Positions 50,981 to 64,000 of a stretch of DNA of 64,000 bases are shown here, one piece after another. Made by a program: the position numbers and the translations under genes. The notes beneath the pieces were generated by a model. The model did not search any database. It was not told where the DNA came from and was given only the letters and a program-made list of their open reading frames with translations. Position 1 is the first letter of the stretch. Every line of letters starts with the position of its first letter. This stretch comes from Mobula hypostoma (Eukaryota), in NCBI RefSeq assembly GCF_963921235.1, contig NC_086107.1:113028001-113092000 (forward strand), written 5' to 3'.

Positions 50981-53054
50981 CATTTCTAAGAAACTTTGGC
51001 TAATTGGAACAGCAGCTTAATTTGGCCAATATGTACTGGTGCCAATGTGTTCTAATTAACTGGAATCCAATTCACTTGTGTATGGAATGACCTTGAGAGA
51101 GTGTAGTGGACTCAGTTCGATATGTTATGGGTTTATCCCTCCCCGTTATCAGTAGTATCGACAGGAGATGGTGCCTCAGGGTAGTAACATCCATCATTAA
51201 AGATTCTCACCATCCGGGCCACACCATCTTCTCGCAGTTACCATCGGGCAGAGGGGGTACAGAGACTTGAAGCCCCACACTACCAGCTTCAGGTCGTGAG
51301 ACCTGTGGACTCTTCTACAGATGGGGCAAGAAGCACCTTACGGGCCAGGCGGGTTAGCAGTCAGCCAGTGAGACACCTCTGCTGATACCACAGGGAGCTT
51401 GTTCCCAGTGCACAGCTTCAAAGTCCTCAATACCATCCTGAATGGTTCTTCTCCTTTGAGCAGACACAGACCAGGGACACGGGAGTATGGCTGTTAGCAC
51501 ATCTATGAATCTCTTCTGTCTGTCTCCCAGACAGATGGAAGAGGCTTCCTATGATACATCTTGGAATAGAGCATCAATTCTAGGAGTCTAGTGTCAGAAT
51601 GATGACAATTTGGCTGTTCAAAAGAGCTGAATGCCATTAAGGACCTCGACACGCAGAAGAGAAGTCAAGTTTATTGTCACTTAACTATATACATGTATAT
51701 AGAAACGAGACAACATTTCTCAGTCTTGTGGACATCTTTCAAGTGTTTCTTAAAAAAAATTATTTTATCTAATTAGTGGTACAGCAACCAGCAAGTCTTT
51801 CCATCCCTTCGAGTCACTCCGCCGCATGAACCCCCAACCCCAGTTAACCCCGATCTAATCACAGGTCAATATTACAATAACTACCTGGTACATCTTTGGG
51901 CTGTGGGAGGAAAGCAGAGCACCTGGGGGGGGAACCCCATGCACTCCCCAGGGAGGACGTACAGACTTATTGCAGAGGATGCGGGAATTGAATTCTAAAC
52001 TCCGACGCCCTGGGCTGTCACAGCGTTCCGCTATCCGCTACGCTACTGTGGCGCACGTGCTCGTTTTAACGTGCCTGTCAGAAGTAGGTTAGGCATTGAA
52101 AGCACGTGGCAGGGGTGTGGGCGTGTGTGAGGCGCAGGGACAATGTGTATGTGGGGGAGGGGAGAGGTTGCAAGTGTGACTGTCTTCGGGAGATACTGAG
52201 CTCACCCTCCTGCCTGCCCACAGGAGGAAAATCACCTCCTTAACCATCCTCCCCACCCCTACTAGCTGAAGTGGAATCACTGTTTGATTTCTGTCCTACT
52301 AGGCATGATCTTCAACTCCAAAGGAAATGCATTGTGGCACCACAGGGAAGCAGGACAGGCTGTGTCACAAACCAAAATTTTTGGCAGGGGCAAAGGAAAC
52401 TCAAGGGATGTGCAGGTTCAAGAACAGTTACTAACCCTCAACCATCAGGCTGTTGGACAAAAGGGGACAACTACACTCACTTGCCCATCATTGAGATGTT
52501 CTCACAACCAATGATCTCACTTTAAGGAATCTATCTCATGATCTCATTATTTATTGCTATTTATTTATATTTGCATTTGCACAGTGTGTTGTCTTCTGCA
52601 ATCTGGTTGATCTTTTATTGATCCTGTTATAGTTACTATTCTATAGTATTGTGGGCTGAGTTTGCCCACAAGGTAATGAATCTCAGGGTTGTATATGTTG
52701 ACCTAGATGTACTTTGATAATAAAATTAACTTTGTACTTTGAATAGTTTTGAAGTGACACATTGCCCAGGAAAATGCATGCAGAGTGATGGGGGAAGGGT
52801 GAGTTTGCATGGGAGAGGCAGACGGCAAGGTCAGCATATTCAAAATACCAAGTATGTTTATTATCAAAGTATGCATACAGTGTCCAACCCTGAGATTTGT
52901 CTTCCCACAGTCAAACAAAAAAAAATCAAACCCCTCTCCTGCCCAAAAATCAAGTTGTGCACACTGCAACAAAGCAAGAATGAGTGAAAATATAAAAACA
53001 GAAAATCAAGAGTCCAATCAAACTACTGTCCAAGCCATAAACCACAAACCCAGA

Positions 53055-53278
53055 GGGAGACAGGGAGACAGGGAGACAGGGAGACAGGGAGACAGGGAGA
53101 CAGGGAGACAGGGAGACAGGGAGACAGGGAGACAGGGAGACAGGGAGACAGGGAGACAGGGAGACAGGGAGACAGGGAGACAGGGAGACAGGGAGACAGG
53201 GAGACAGGGAGACAGGGAGACAGGGAGACAGGGAGACAGGGAGACAGGGAGACAGGGAGACAGGGAGACAGGGAGACA
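53055..53278. repeat. Perfect tandem repeat (GGGAGACA)28
   Basis: 224 bp of an 8-bp unit; source of the repetitive ORFs here. Confidence 0.97.
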
Positions 53279-56200
53279 TCCCCTCTGGAGCAGCGTGCAA
53301 GACAGAGAGAATGTCACACAGATACCTTTCTCCTCATTAATTTTAAAACTGTAAATTGTCACTAGGGCATAGCTGAGAGGTAGAGGTTTGGAGGGTTGAG
53401 GGAAACAGAGAGGAAAAACTGGGCGTAAATGTACACCAGATGGCTTTGTGAGCTTAAGGTCCCATTTTTGTGCTGCTGTCAGCAGCAGTCAAAGCCAGGG
53501 GTGCTGAGTTGTTTGGGAACAGAAACGGAGACAGGCAGCGAGTTTTGGAGAACAGCACTGAATAACCTCGAATGGCCCGCCCCTCTTTCCCTTGAGAGCC
53601 TCTGACTTTGCAAAAGCCCGTGCAGAGTAAAAATGAAATGGGCCGGTGCACATCCATGCTCGAGTGTCCGAGAACAGGGAGGGTGCAGGGTCCACAGGCC
53701 CTCTGGAGACCTCCTGGGATGGGTGGGCACTGCAGGGGCTGGAAAATGGCTGTGGTTTGATTTGACGTCTGAACTGAGAATGATGCACCCATGTTAACAT
53801 TTATATTATTTAGAACTACAGCACAGAATGGACCCTCCCGGCCCAGCTACAAACCAATTTAACCCCAGTTTAACCACAAGACAACTTACAATGACCAATT
53901 AACCTACTAACCAGTATGTCTTTGGACTGACAGGGGACACCAGCACACCCGGACAGAACCCCTGCATTCCACAGGAGTTGACATGCATCCTTACTGAGAA
54001 CGTCAGAATTGAAATCCAAACTCCGACCCGACCCCCCCTTCCACCCCCCTCCACCCCGGCTGTAATAGCGTTGCGCAAACTGCCTCGTACCAGAGGTGCC
54101 CTTAATTATAAATCTTTCTTTTAAAAGAAAAATGCAACTTAGGCAGTTTACAAACAAGATTGAATGTATTTCTGTTCCTTCTGAAAGAGGAAGCAAGAAT
54201 GTAAACCCTTGCAAACAGTGAAAGTTGAACAACAGAACTCTGGGAGCCACAGGGACCGGCAGGGGCTGGGGGGGTGGGGGCAGAGACTGTGCTCAACTCA
54301 GCAGATCAGGCGGCAATGATGGAAGGGAAGACAAATGTCACATTTTAAGCCAAGACTCCACCAGGACCAGAGGGTCTCAGCCCAAAACCTTGACTGTCTA
54401 TTCCCTTCCACAGAGCTGCCCAGTTCCTTCAGCATTTTGTGTGTGTTGCTCTAGATTTCCAGCATCTGTAGAAACTCTGTGTTTATCATCAGATCAATTG
54501 GGGTTGAAAGGGCCTCAAGACTCCCAAGATGTGGATCTGAGAGCACTGGCTCCCAGGTAAAAAAAAGTCTTGGTTTTAGAATTCTAAACATCAAAACGTT
54601 CCTTGCTCCATATTCCCTTCCCATCCATTACCTCATCACAGTGTTCCCCCAACTCCAGTCTCCACCCATGAAGATCAAGAGGGGCACAAATTTGACTGGG
54701 CATCAGTGAACGTCATGGCACAAGCAGACACACGGTATGAAGAGAATTCCTAGAAGCATGGTTTTCCGTGAACAGTTCTGTAAACAGACCTGTAGACCTC
54801 CATCCTAAGTGGGCAAAGATCCTGACCACAACACCACACAGCCAATCAGCGACGAGCTCTCGTCCCTGCATCACGATTGAGTTTCCGTAATGACAGCCAA
54901 TCAGCTGACTGATACTTAATTAAAGGCCAAGCATTCAGAGGACGTGCCACAAATTAACAGCGCGCTGATGATGTCTCGCAAGACGTTTGCAAATGGATTG
55001 CCAAGATCGGAGAACAGCTCAACCCAATCACTCCAGATTAAAGATAGATTAGCTTTATCGACACGTAGTGATGGGCATCGCTTGAGCCAACGGCCAACAC
55101 AAAACTAGGACGTGCTGGGACGGCAAGCAAGAGTTGCCACACTTCCAATGCTAGCATAGCATGTCCACTACTCACGAACGCTAACTTGTGCGTCTTTGAA
55201 ATGTGGGAGGAAACCAGAGCACTTGGAGGAAATCCATGCAGACACAGGGAGAAAGTACAAGATCCTTACAGACAGCGGCGAGAACTGAACTACAATCTTC
55301 TGATCATTGGTGCCGTAAAGTGGTTATACTAACCCTTACACTGCCATGCCAAAATTTAATCACTTCACCAGCAGTGGGCTCTGCTTTCAGCTGCCTATGG
55401 ACCCAAAGCTCAGGACTGCCTCTCCTCCCTCACAATTCTCATAAAAATCCTCTCCATTTGACGTTCTTGCTTACCTGCCCCCAAAAATCTGCTCAAATTT
55501 TAGATTGGTGATCGCTCCAGTGAAGAACCTTGGGATCAGAAATAAAGGTCAGGCCACTCCTGTGGGAAGAGAAACAAGAGTCGATGTGGAAAAAAAAAAT
55601 GGTAAAATTGTCTGTTTTTCACTCCACAGATGCTGACTGGTATGCCGAGTGTCACACACAAGATGTTGAAGGAACTCAGCAGGCCAGGCAGCATCTGTGG
55701 AAAAGAGTGAACAGTTGATGTTTCAGGCCGAGACTCTTCACCCGGTGTCGATTGTTCACTCTTTTCCGTAGAGGCTGCCTGGCCTGCTGAGTTCCTCCAG
55801 CATTTTGTGTGCGTTGCTTTAGATTTCCAGCATCTGAGGAGTTGCTTGTTTGTGATGCTGAGTGTTACCAACATTTTATGCTTTCGTTTTAGATTTCCGC
55901 CCTCACACCACGCCTTTTCAACCACAGTGGGTTCTGATCAAGTGGGACCTGTACATATTGGCCCAATCAAGCGACTTCCCCAATTAGCCCAAGTTGCATG
56001 GAAATGGTTAAAAAATATATAAAAAAGACAACTGAGTACCAAATCAGGTTTGATTTTGTGGTATTCTACCATCACAAAGTACTTACCTGCAAGAGACACT
56101 TGCACCAACAGCTAAAAGATGCTTGCAGTCTCAAAATTGGTATGGGGTGGGGGGGGGAAATAGGGTTTTAAATTCAGGAGTCACACCTCCAGCTCCAGCC

Positions 56201-57349
56201 TTCTCAACTCTGGGGTTCTAATTCCAATTCAATAATTTGGACCTTTTTCTTCCAGGACTGAGAGAATCTAAGGAGGTTGGCTTAACTAAGAGTCATGCAA
56301 GAAAATAATAAACACAAACAACGAGAAATTCTGCAGATGCTGGAAATCCAGAGTAACGCACACAAAATGCGGGAGGAACTCAGCAAGTCGGGCAGCATCT
56401 ATGGAGAGGAATAAAGGGTTGACGTTTCAGGCTGAGGCCCTTCTTCAGGACAGGAAAGGAAGGGGGGAAACACCAGAGTTAAAAGGTGGGGGAAGGGGAA
56501 GGAGTCTAGCCATTCTCCTCTGACCTCTCTCATCAACAAGGCGTTTTTGCCCACAGAACTGCCGCTCACTGGATGTCTTTTTAATGTTTCATACCATTCT
56601 CTGTAAACGCTAGAGACTGATGCGCATGAAAATCCCTGGAGATCAGCAGTTTCTGAGATACTCAAACCACCCCATCTGGCACCAACAATCATTCCACGGT
56701 CAAAGTCATAATTCTTCCCCATCCTGATGTTTGGTCTGAACAACTGTACCTCTTGACTATGTCTGCATGCTTTTATGCATTGAGTTGCTGCCACATGATT
56801 GGCTGATTAGCTATTTGCATTAACAAGTGTACCTAATAAAGTGGCCATGGGGTGTTCCTTCACAGAGACAGACAATTCTTAAATGTAAACCAAAGTTAAT
56901 CATTTCTTTAATTCCCTCAATTACAAACCTCATGAGCTAAATTTAACATCACTATGGCAACTATTCCCAATAATGACACCTTTTTAAAAATCATTTCAAT
57001 TAACTAATCATACATTATAATTTTTGCCCATGAATGGCTGCAAAATATACTTTTATTACCACAAAATGCAATGCCAACCTTAGAACAGGGAAGTAACAAT
57101 TGAGGCACGCAAGCCTCCAGGCCCTACGACAAGGTTGTGGTCTTCTTGGAAGCGGGAAGTAACACTATTACCTATTATAAAGGCTACTAATTTGCCATTC
57201 TGTCCTTAAAAACCACCTTATTTACTTACTTAGAGATACAGTGCAGAATAGGCCCTTTCAACCCTTTGAGCTGCACAATTGAGCAATCCTCCAATTTAAT
57301 CTTAACTTAATCACAGGACTATTTACGATGACCAATAAACTTAACTGGT

Positions 57350-58830
57350 ATGTCAATCAGAAGGAGACACTAGCAGAGATGATGGCACAGTAGCAATTTC
57401 TGGGAGCAATTGGGAAGGTGCAGCATAGAAAAAGTATTCTAAAAGCAGGATGCAACAAAGACTGACAAGAGAAGTCAAAGTCGACATACAAGAACAAAGA
57501 GGGCATATAATAGAAAAAAAATAGTGGGAAGTTCAAGGATTGGACTTTTCAAAACCAACAGAAGGCAACTAAAACAGTCATAAAGAGGGAAAAGATGGAA
57601 TACAAAGGTAAGCTAGCCAATAATATTGGAGGTTACCAAAAGTTTCTTCAGATATATAAAGAAAAAAAGAGGCAAGAGTAGATATTGGATCTCCGGAAAA
57701 TGATGCTGGAGAGGTAGTAATGGGGGACAACAAAATGGTGGATGAAGTGAATAAGTATTTTGCATCAGAATTCACTGTAGATGACACTAGCGATATGCTG
57801 GAAGTTCAAAAGTATCAGGTGATAAAAGTGAGTGAAGTTGCCTTTTCTAAGGACAAGGTGCTTGGTAAACTGAAAGGTCTGAAAGTAGATAAGTCACTCG
57901 AAGCAGATTGTCCACAACCCAGGGTTCTGAAACAGGTGGCTGAAGAGATTGAGGAGGTATTGGTAATGATCTTTCAAGAATCAATGGATTCCAGCATGGT
58001 TCCAGAGAACTGGAAAATTTAAAATGTCACTCCACTCTACAAGAAGGGAGAGAGGCAGAAGAAAGGAATTATAAGCCAGTTAGTCTGATTTCAGTAGTTG
58101 GGAAGCTGTTGGAGTCAATTGTTAAGGATGTGGTTTTGGGTACTTGGAGGCAAATGGTATAATTGGCCAAAGTCAGCATTGTTTCCTTAATTTTGCCTGA
58201 CAAACCTGTTGGAATTCTTTGAAGAAATAACAAGGATAGACAGAGGAAATTTGTGTAAGCAAGGGTGTAATGCTGAAGCTTTATAAGGCCTCACTTGGAA
58301 TATTGTGAGCAGTTTTAGGCCCAGTATCTAAAAAAGGTTGTGCTGACATTGGAGAGGGTTCAAAGGAGGTTCACCAAATGATTGCAGGAATGAAAGGGTT
58401 ACCAGGAGAGGACATATTGATAGCTCTGGGCCTGCACTCACTGGAATTAGAAGAATGAGCAGGGTGGGAAGATTTCATTGAAACCTATCAAATGTTGGAA
58501 GTCCTCAATAGTGTGGATGTTTTCTGTGGTGGGGCCGTCTAAGACCAGAGGGCACAGCCTCAGAATAAAGGGACGTCCATTTAGAAAGGAGAGGAGGAGG
58601 AATTTCTTTAGCTGGAGAGTGGTGTATCTGTGGATTTTGTTGCCACAGGCCAAGTCACTGGGTATATTTAAGGCAGAGGTTGTTAAGATTCTTATCAGAG
58701 CATGAAGGGATACGGGGAGAAGGCAGGAGATTGGGGCTGAGAGGGAAAATGAATCAGCCATGATGAAATGGCGGAGCAGACTCAATGGGCCGAATGGCCT
58801 GATTCTGCCCCTATATCTTATGGTCTTTAG
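57350..58830 (+). mobile_element. Degraded CR1 LINE
   Basis: ORFs 57720..58022 (NKYFASEFT, SMVPENWK) and 58478..58705; CR1 3' end. Confidence 0.9.
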
Positions 58831-59274
58831 AACGTGGGAGGAAACTGGAGCACCCGGAAGAAATCCACACATTCTACAGGGAGGACGTACAAACTTCTTA
58901 GAGAAGTCACTGGGACTGAACTCTATACTCCAATGCCCCGAGCTGTAATAGTGTCACGTTACCATGACGACCATTACACATTGCTTCCAGTGCATGTCCA
59001 AACTCAGTAAGTTTATAATGTAACTCTATCTTAAGTTTCTGCCTCTTCATTCCAAAGTATATATTTTTAAATTCTCCATATAAAATACAGAACATTCAAA
59101 ATATTTTTGTATTATTTCTTCATTTAACATGAACATATCTAGTTTTGATCCATTTATAAAAAAGTTAAAGTTCATGAGGTTATGAAGTAAATTTTAACCC
59201 AATTTGTGTGTAGAATGTCTCTCTGATCTCCGCTGCTCTCCAACTCCTCCACCATGTGCCTATCACTTGTCATC

Positions 59275-59820
59275 TTACATAGAACATAGAATAGTACAGC
59301 ACAGTACAGGCCCTTCGGCCCACAATGTTGTGCCGACCCTTAGACCCTGCCTCCCATATAACCCCCCACCTTAAATTCCTCCATATACCTGTCTAGTAGT
59401 TTCTTAAACTTCAGTAGTGTATCTGCCTCCGCCACTGACTCAGGCAGTGCATTCCTTGCACTAACCACTCTCTGAGTAAAAAACCTTCCTCTAATATCCC
59501 CCTTGAACTTCCCACCCCTTACCTTAAAGCCATGTCCTCTTGTATTGAGCAGTGGTGCCCTGGGGAAGAGGCGCTGACTATCCACTCTATCTATTCTCTG
59601 TACACCTCTATCAGGTCTCCTCTCATCCTCCTTCTCTCCAAAGAGTAAAGCCCTAGTTCCCTTAATCTCTGATCATAATCCATACTCTCTAAACCAGGCA
59701 GCATCCTGGTATATCTCCTCTGTACCCTTTCCAATGCTTCCACATCCTTCCTATAGTGAGGCGACCAGAACTGGACACAGTACTCCAAGTGGGGCCTAAC
59801 CAGAGCTTTATAGAGCTGCT
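59275..59820 (-). mobile_element. CR1 3' fragment
   Basis: ORFs 59591..59788 ([14 protein letters not shown]) and 59340..59585. Confidence 0.9.
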
Positions 59821-60559
59821 AGAGTCATCCTGTTCTTCTTGCTCTCCTACCACCTTTTTACTCTGGCTTCTTCCCCCTTCCCTCCCAGTCTTGAAGGAGG
59901 ACTGGAAAGAGTCAAATAATGGTGCACTTGATAGGTTGGCACAGGCTCAGTAGGCCAAAAGGACTGCTCCCTTTGTCCCTGCTGTAATGAGGGACATGCC
60001 TGTGCTATCACAGAATACTACAGTATCGTACAGGCCCTTCAACCCACGATGTTTAACGGTTCAACGGCTCCATTTAATATCAGAGAATGTATACAGTATG
60101 CAACCTGAAATTCTTATTCTCTGCAGACATCCGTAAAAGAGCAGAAAACCCCCAAACGATGAATGACAGAAAAAAAATCAGAAGAACCCCAAAGCCTCCT
60201 GCCCCCGCCCACCCAATCTGACCTTTAACCACCTCTAAGATCAATCTAACCCTTTCCTCCTACATAGCCCTCCATTTTTCTATCATCCATAAGAGATTAA
60301 GTGACCCTCACGTATCTAACTGTGTTGCTGCCACAAAACAACAAGTTTCACTTCAAAAAATACCAGAAATTGTGCAGGTGCTGGAAATCCAGAGCAACAC
60401 ACACAAAATGCTGGAGGAACTCAGCAGGTCAAGCAGCATCTATGGAGAGGAATAAAGAGTCGAGGTTTCAGGCTGAGACATTTCTTCAGAACTTCACAGA
60501 AATTTCACTTCATAATCAGTTAGTGATAATAAACACAATGAAATAATCTGAATCTGACT

Positions 60560-61370
60560 CTGAAACATAAGATCATATGACATAGGAGCAAAGTTAGGCC
60601 ATTCAGCCCATTGAGTCTGTTCCACCATTCCATCATGGCTGATCTCGGATCCCACTCAACCCCGTACACCTGCCTTCTCGCCCTAGCCTTTGATGCCTTG
60701 ACCAATCAGGAAACGATCAGCTTCTGCCTTAAATCTACCCATAGACTTGGCCTCCACCATAGTCTGGCAGAGCATTCCTCAGAATCACCACTCTTTGGCT
60801 AAAAAAAAATTCCTCCCTACCTCTGTTCTAAAAGGTTACCCCTCAGTTTTGAGGCTGTGCCCCCTAGTTCTGGATACCCCACCCTAGGGAACATCCTCTC
60901 CACAGCCACCCTATCTAGTCTGTTCAACATTCAGTAGGTTTCACTGGGATCCCCATGGATTCTTCTAAATTCCAGTGAGTACAGGCCCAAAGTTGCCAAT
61001 CACTCCTCATATGTTAATCCCTTTATTCCTGGAACCATTCTCGTGAACTTCCTCTGTACTCTGTCCAATGAGAACACACCCTTTCTGAGATATGGAGTGT
61101 TGACAATACTCCGCGCGGCCTGACTAGTGTCTTATAAAGGCTCAGCATTATCTCCTTGCTTTTGTATTCGATTCTCCTTGAAATGAATGCCAACATTACA
61201 TTTGCTTTCTTTACCACAGACTCAACCTGTATATTAAGCTTTTGGAAGTCTTGCACGAAGACTCCCAGGTCCCTCTGCCCCTCTGATGTTTGAACCTTCT
61301 CCCCATTTAGATAATAGTCCGCACTATTGTTCTTTTTATCAAAATGCATTATCATACATTTCCCAACATG
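60560..61370 (-). mobile_element. CR1 3' fragment
   Basis: ORF 61023..61355 (RDLGV, LYKTLVRP). Confidence 0.9.
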
Positions 61371-62437
61371 ATAATATAGAAAACAAATCTGAATTACTGC
61401 AAGTATATTAAATAGTTAATTTAAAATTAGTGCAAAAATAGAAATAAGAAAGTAGTGAGGTAGTGTTCATGGGTTCAATGTCCATTTAGAAATTAGCTGG
61501 CAGTGGGAAAGAAGCTGTTCCTGAATCGCTGAGTGTGTGCCTTTAGGCTCTTTCGCCTCCTACCTGACGGTGACAATGAGAAGAGGGCATGTCCTGGGTG
61601 GGAGATCCTTAATGATGGTCGAGGCACAGAAGGAGTCATGGTCTGCCACTGCAACCAAGGAAGACCCCAGTTTGTGACGACTACTCGTACCACAGGACCC
61701 GGACTTCCGAGGTCAAGAGAGTTGAACTGTCCGAGTGCACTGGGTTTTCCCGCTTTAAAATTCTCCTGCACAGGTCTCCTGACATTGTTGGATATGACGG
61801 AGAAGCAACCGTGATGACGTAACATTGTTATGTTCATGCCCAAGTCAACAATACTCAGGGGAATCTCAGAACTTCAAACCCGCCTCCACACAGTAACACC
61901 CTCCTCCCTCCAGGCATCCAGCTCAGAGCTTGCTCAACAAGGTGAATCAGCCTCGGAGAAACTACCTGTTGCTTAATAAGGCAAAGCTCCTGGAAACCTA
62001 CCTGCCATTTTTCGGAGTTTCCCCAGCAGGCTGGCATCTGACTCACTCATCATGGGAACACGAGCCTGGAGACCACAGCGTGAGCTGGATGGACAGCTGG
62101 ACCCGTGGTGGCTTTCTGGCCGCAGAGTGCTTGGATATTGCTTGCTGCCTTTAAACTCACTGAATCTATCAGGGAACTCTACTACAGGAGGCCACTAAGC
62201 TGTGCCGGTGCGTGGCCGCGCAATAACTGCAATGTTCCCGCGCACATAGCCTTCATTGCTGCGCAGCAGGAATTGGACGCAGCTACAAAAGGTTTACGAA
62301 AGGTGAAAGATCTTTGTTGTACTCTATTCACTATACCCTTCAATTGATAGATAAAATGAAAAGTATAAGTTTTTTCAGTTTCCATTCTAAATATTCAAAG
62401 TTTGCATATTACAAAAAAGAAAACATTTAAAGGGTTA

Positions 62438-63392
62438 TAAACACAAAATACTCTGCAGATGCTGGGGTCAAAGCAACACTCACAACACGCTGGAGGAACT
62501 CAGCAGGTCGGGCAGCGTCCGTGGAAACGATCAGTCAACGTTTCGGGCCGGAACCCTTCGTCAGGACTGAAGAGGGAAGGGGCAGAGGCTCTATAAAGAG
62601 GGTGGTGGGAGGGTGGGAAGGAGAAGGCTGGTAGGTTCCAGGTGAAAAACCAGTAAGGGGAAAGATAAAGGGGTGGGGGACTTCACTTGTGAGTCTGTTG
62701 GGGTCATCTATTGCATCCGGTGCTCCCGGTGCGGCCTCCTCTACATTGGTGAAACCCAACGCAGATTGGAGGACCGCTTCATCGAGCACCTCCGCTCCGT
62801 CCACCACAACAGACAGGATCTCCCAGTAGCCACCCACTTCAACTCTGCTTCCCATTCCCATTCAGATATGTCAATACATGGCCTCCTCTACTGCCATGAT
62901 GAGGCTAAACTCAGGTTGGAGGAGCAACACCTCATACACCGTGTAAGTAGTCTCCAGCCCCTTGGTATGAACATAGAATTCTCTAACTTCCAGTAATTCC
63001 CTTCCCCTCCCTTCCTCTATCCCTATGTCACTCTGCCCCCTCCCCCAGCTGCCTATCACCTCCCTCATGGTTCCGCCTCCTTCTACTACCCATTGTGTTT
63101 TCCCCTGTTCCTTCTCCACCTTTCCTGCCTATCACCTCCCTGCCTCCCCTCCCCCACCCCTTTATCTTTCCCCTTACTGGTTTTTCACCTGGAACCTACC
63201 AGCCTTCTCCTTCCCACCCTCCCCCCACCTTCTTTATAGGGTCTCTGCCCCTTCCCCCTACAGTCCTGACGAAGGGTTCCAGCCGGAAACGTTGACGGTT
63301 CGTTTCCACGAATGCTGCCCGACCTGCTGAGTTCCTCCAGCGTGTTGTGAGTGTTGCTTTGACCCCAGCATCTGCAGAGTATTTTGTGTTTA
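62438..63392 (+). mobile_element. 5'-truncated Penelope-like retroelement: inverted pseudo-LTR, GIY-YIG endonuclease, pseudo-LTR
   Basis: ORF 62673..62996 (VIYCIRCSRCGLLYIGET...RFIEH...HFN...GMN) is a GIY-YIG domain with the CxxC insert. 62438-62679 is the reverse complement of about 63150-63392. Confidence 0.92.
62531..62570 (-). ncRNA. Minimal type I hammerhead ribozyme motif (Penelope-associated)
   Basis: Minus strand: UCAGUC CUGACGA A GGG uuccgg CCC GAA ACGU U GACUGA. The partner copy at 63261-63298 (+) has helix I and helix II mismatches. Confidence 0.8.
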
Positions 63393-63529
63393 CAACACTT
63401 TAAATGTTTTTTTGGTAATATGGTTTTCAGGCCGTGTAAAAATTTCCTGCTCAGCTGTTGCAGGCATTCCCTGGGTGACCAACACCTAACCTTCCGGACA
63501 CCCTGATCGAACAAGCATTTGGGCAATCG

Positions 63530-63800
63530 GTGGGCAGGATGAGAGTGAATCTGCTGGCTTCTGTTGGGCTGCAGCCACCTCCTGCCGGGTGGGAAATGAC
63601 GCATTTCCGCGTGCCTCCTCTCTGCAAACCCCCTCTGAGCTGCAGCAAGCAGGGTGTAGCCCAGCAGAGCTGGAGCATTGAGCAGATTCGCTCACCGGGT
63701 CGGTGAAACAGGTTGGCGGCCGCTCCTCCCGTGACCGCTCACTGTTCCCGCGACCTTGCACTATTCTGATTCACTCCAGTTACTAACTTCCCCCGGGATT
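63530..63800 (-). promoter_or_regulatory. Candidate BCL2L12 non-coding first exon and CpG-rich promoter region (donor after 63696)
   Basis: CpG-rich patch with CCG|gtgagc donor on minus and palindromic GGAAATGACGCATTTCC. The ATG exon has an acceptor, so an upstream UTR exon must exist. Confidence 0.5.
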
Positions 63801-64000
63801 GGGACCCTGCTCCAACCTGGGGAACACATCTACCAAGTAACATATATAACAAACGTACTGTGTTTGGGCAACTTTCAACAGTCTAGAAGGTCTGCTCGAC
63901 CGTCACTGAAGTCTCATGGTTGGTGGACTATCTGAGCTCTACTTTAAATCGCGAAACAAAAGATTTGGCAGACACCATTATTTTTCCTCGAGCCTCATTC

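Noticed and set aside
52809..53362. Repetitive ORFs (GRQGDRET)n and (PCLPVSLS)n
   Set aside because: Translations of the (GGGAGACA)28 tandem repeat; there are no spacers, so it is not a CRISPR-like array.
62673..62996. Stand-alone GIY-YIG nuclease gene
   Set aside because: It is the 5'-truncated end of a Penelope-like retroelement bounded by pseudo-LTRs, with no ATG start.

Overview
Vertebrate genomic DNA. The repeat content (CR1, Rex-Babar, RTE, Penelope, Tc1/pogo, tRNA-SINEs) suggests a cartilaginous fish, probably a ray; this is inference. Two spliced genes lie on the minus strand in the same order as at human 19q13.33. (1) A complete BCL2L12-like gene has 6 coding exons at 44428->25077 (about 420 aa) and a probable non-coding first exon near 63.7 kb. 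(2) The 5' part of PRMT1 has its promoter at about 14.7 kb and coding exons 14650-14633, 7782-7669, 6136-5981 and 2924-2861; the gene continues beyond position 1. Most remaining sequence, and nearly all ORFs in the supplied track, are transposon relics or spurious. The most notable observations are: intact minimal hammerhead ribozymes in Penelope pseudo-LTRs lying sense within BCL2L12 introns; a canonical Bcl-G-type BH3 motif in this BCL2L12; an unusually divergent, PRMT8-like PRMT1 exon; inverted symmetry extending beyond a Penelope insertion; and an NF-kB/AP-1/ISRE motif cluster near the presumed BCL2L12/IRF3 promoter. I found no convincing wholly new system; the findings are hypotheses to test.
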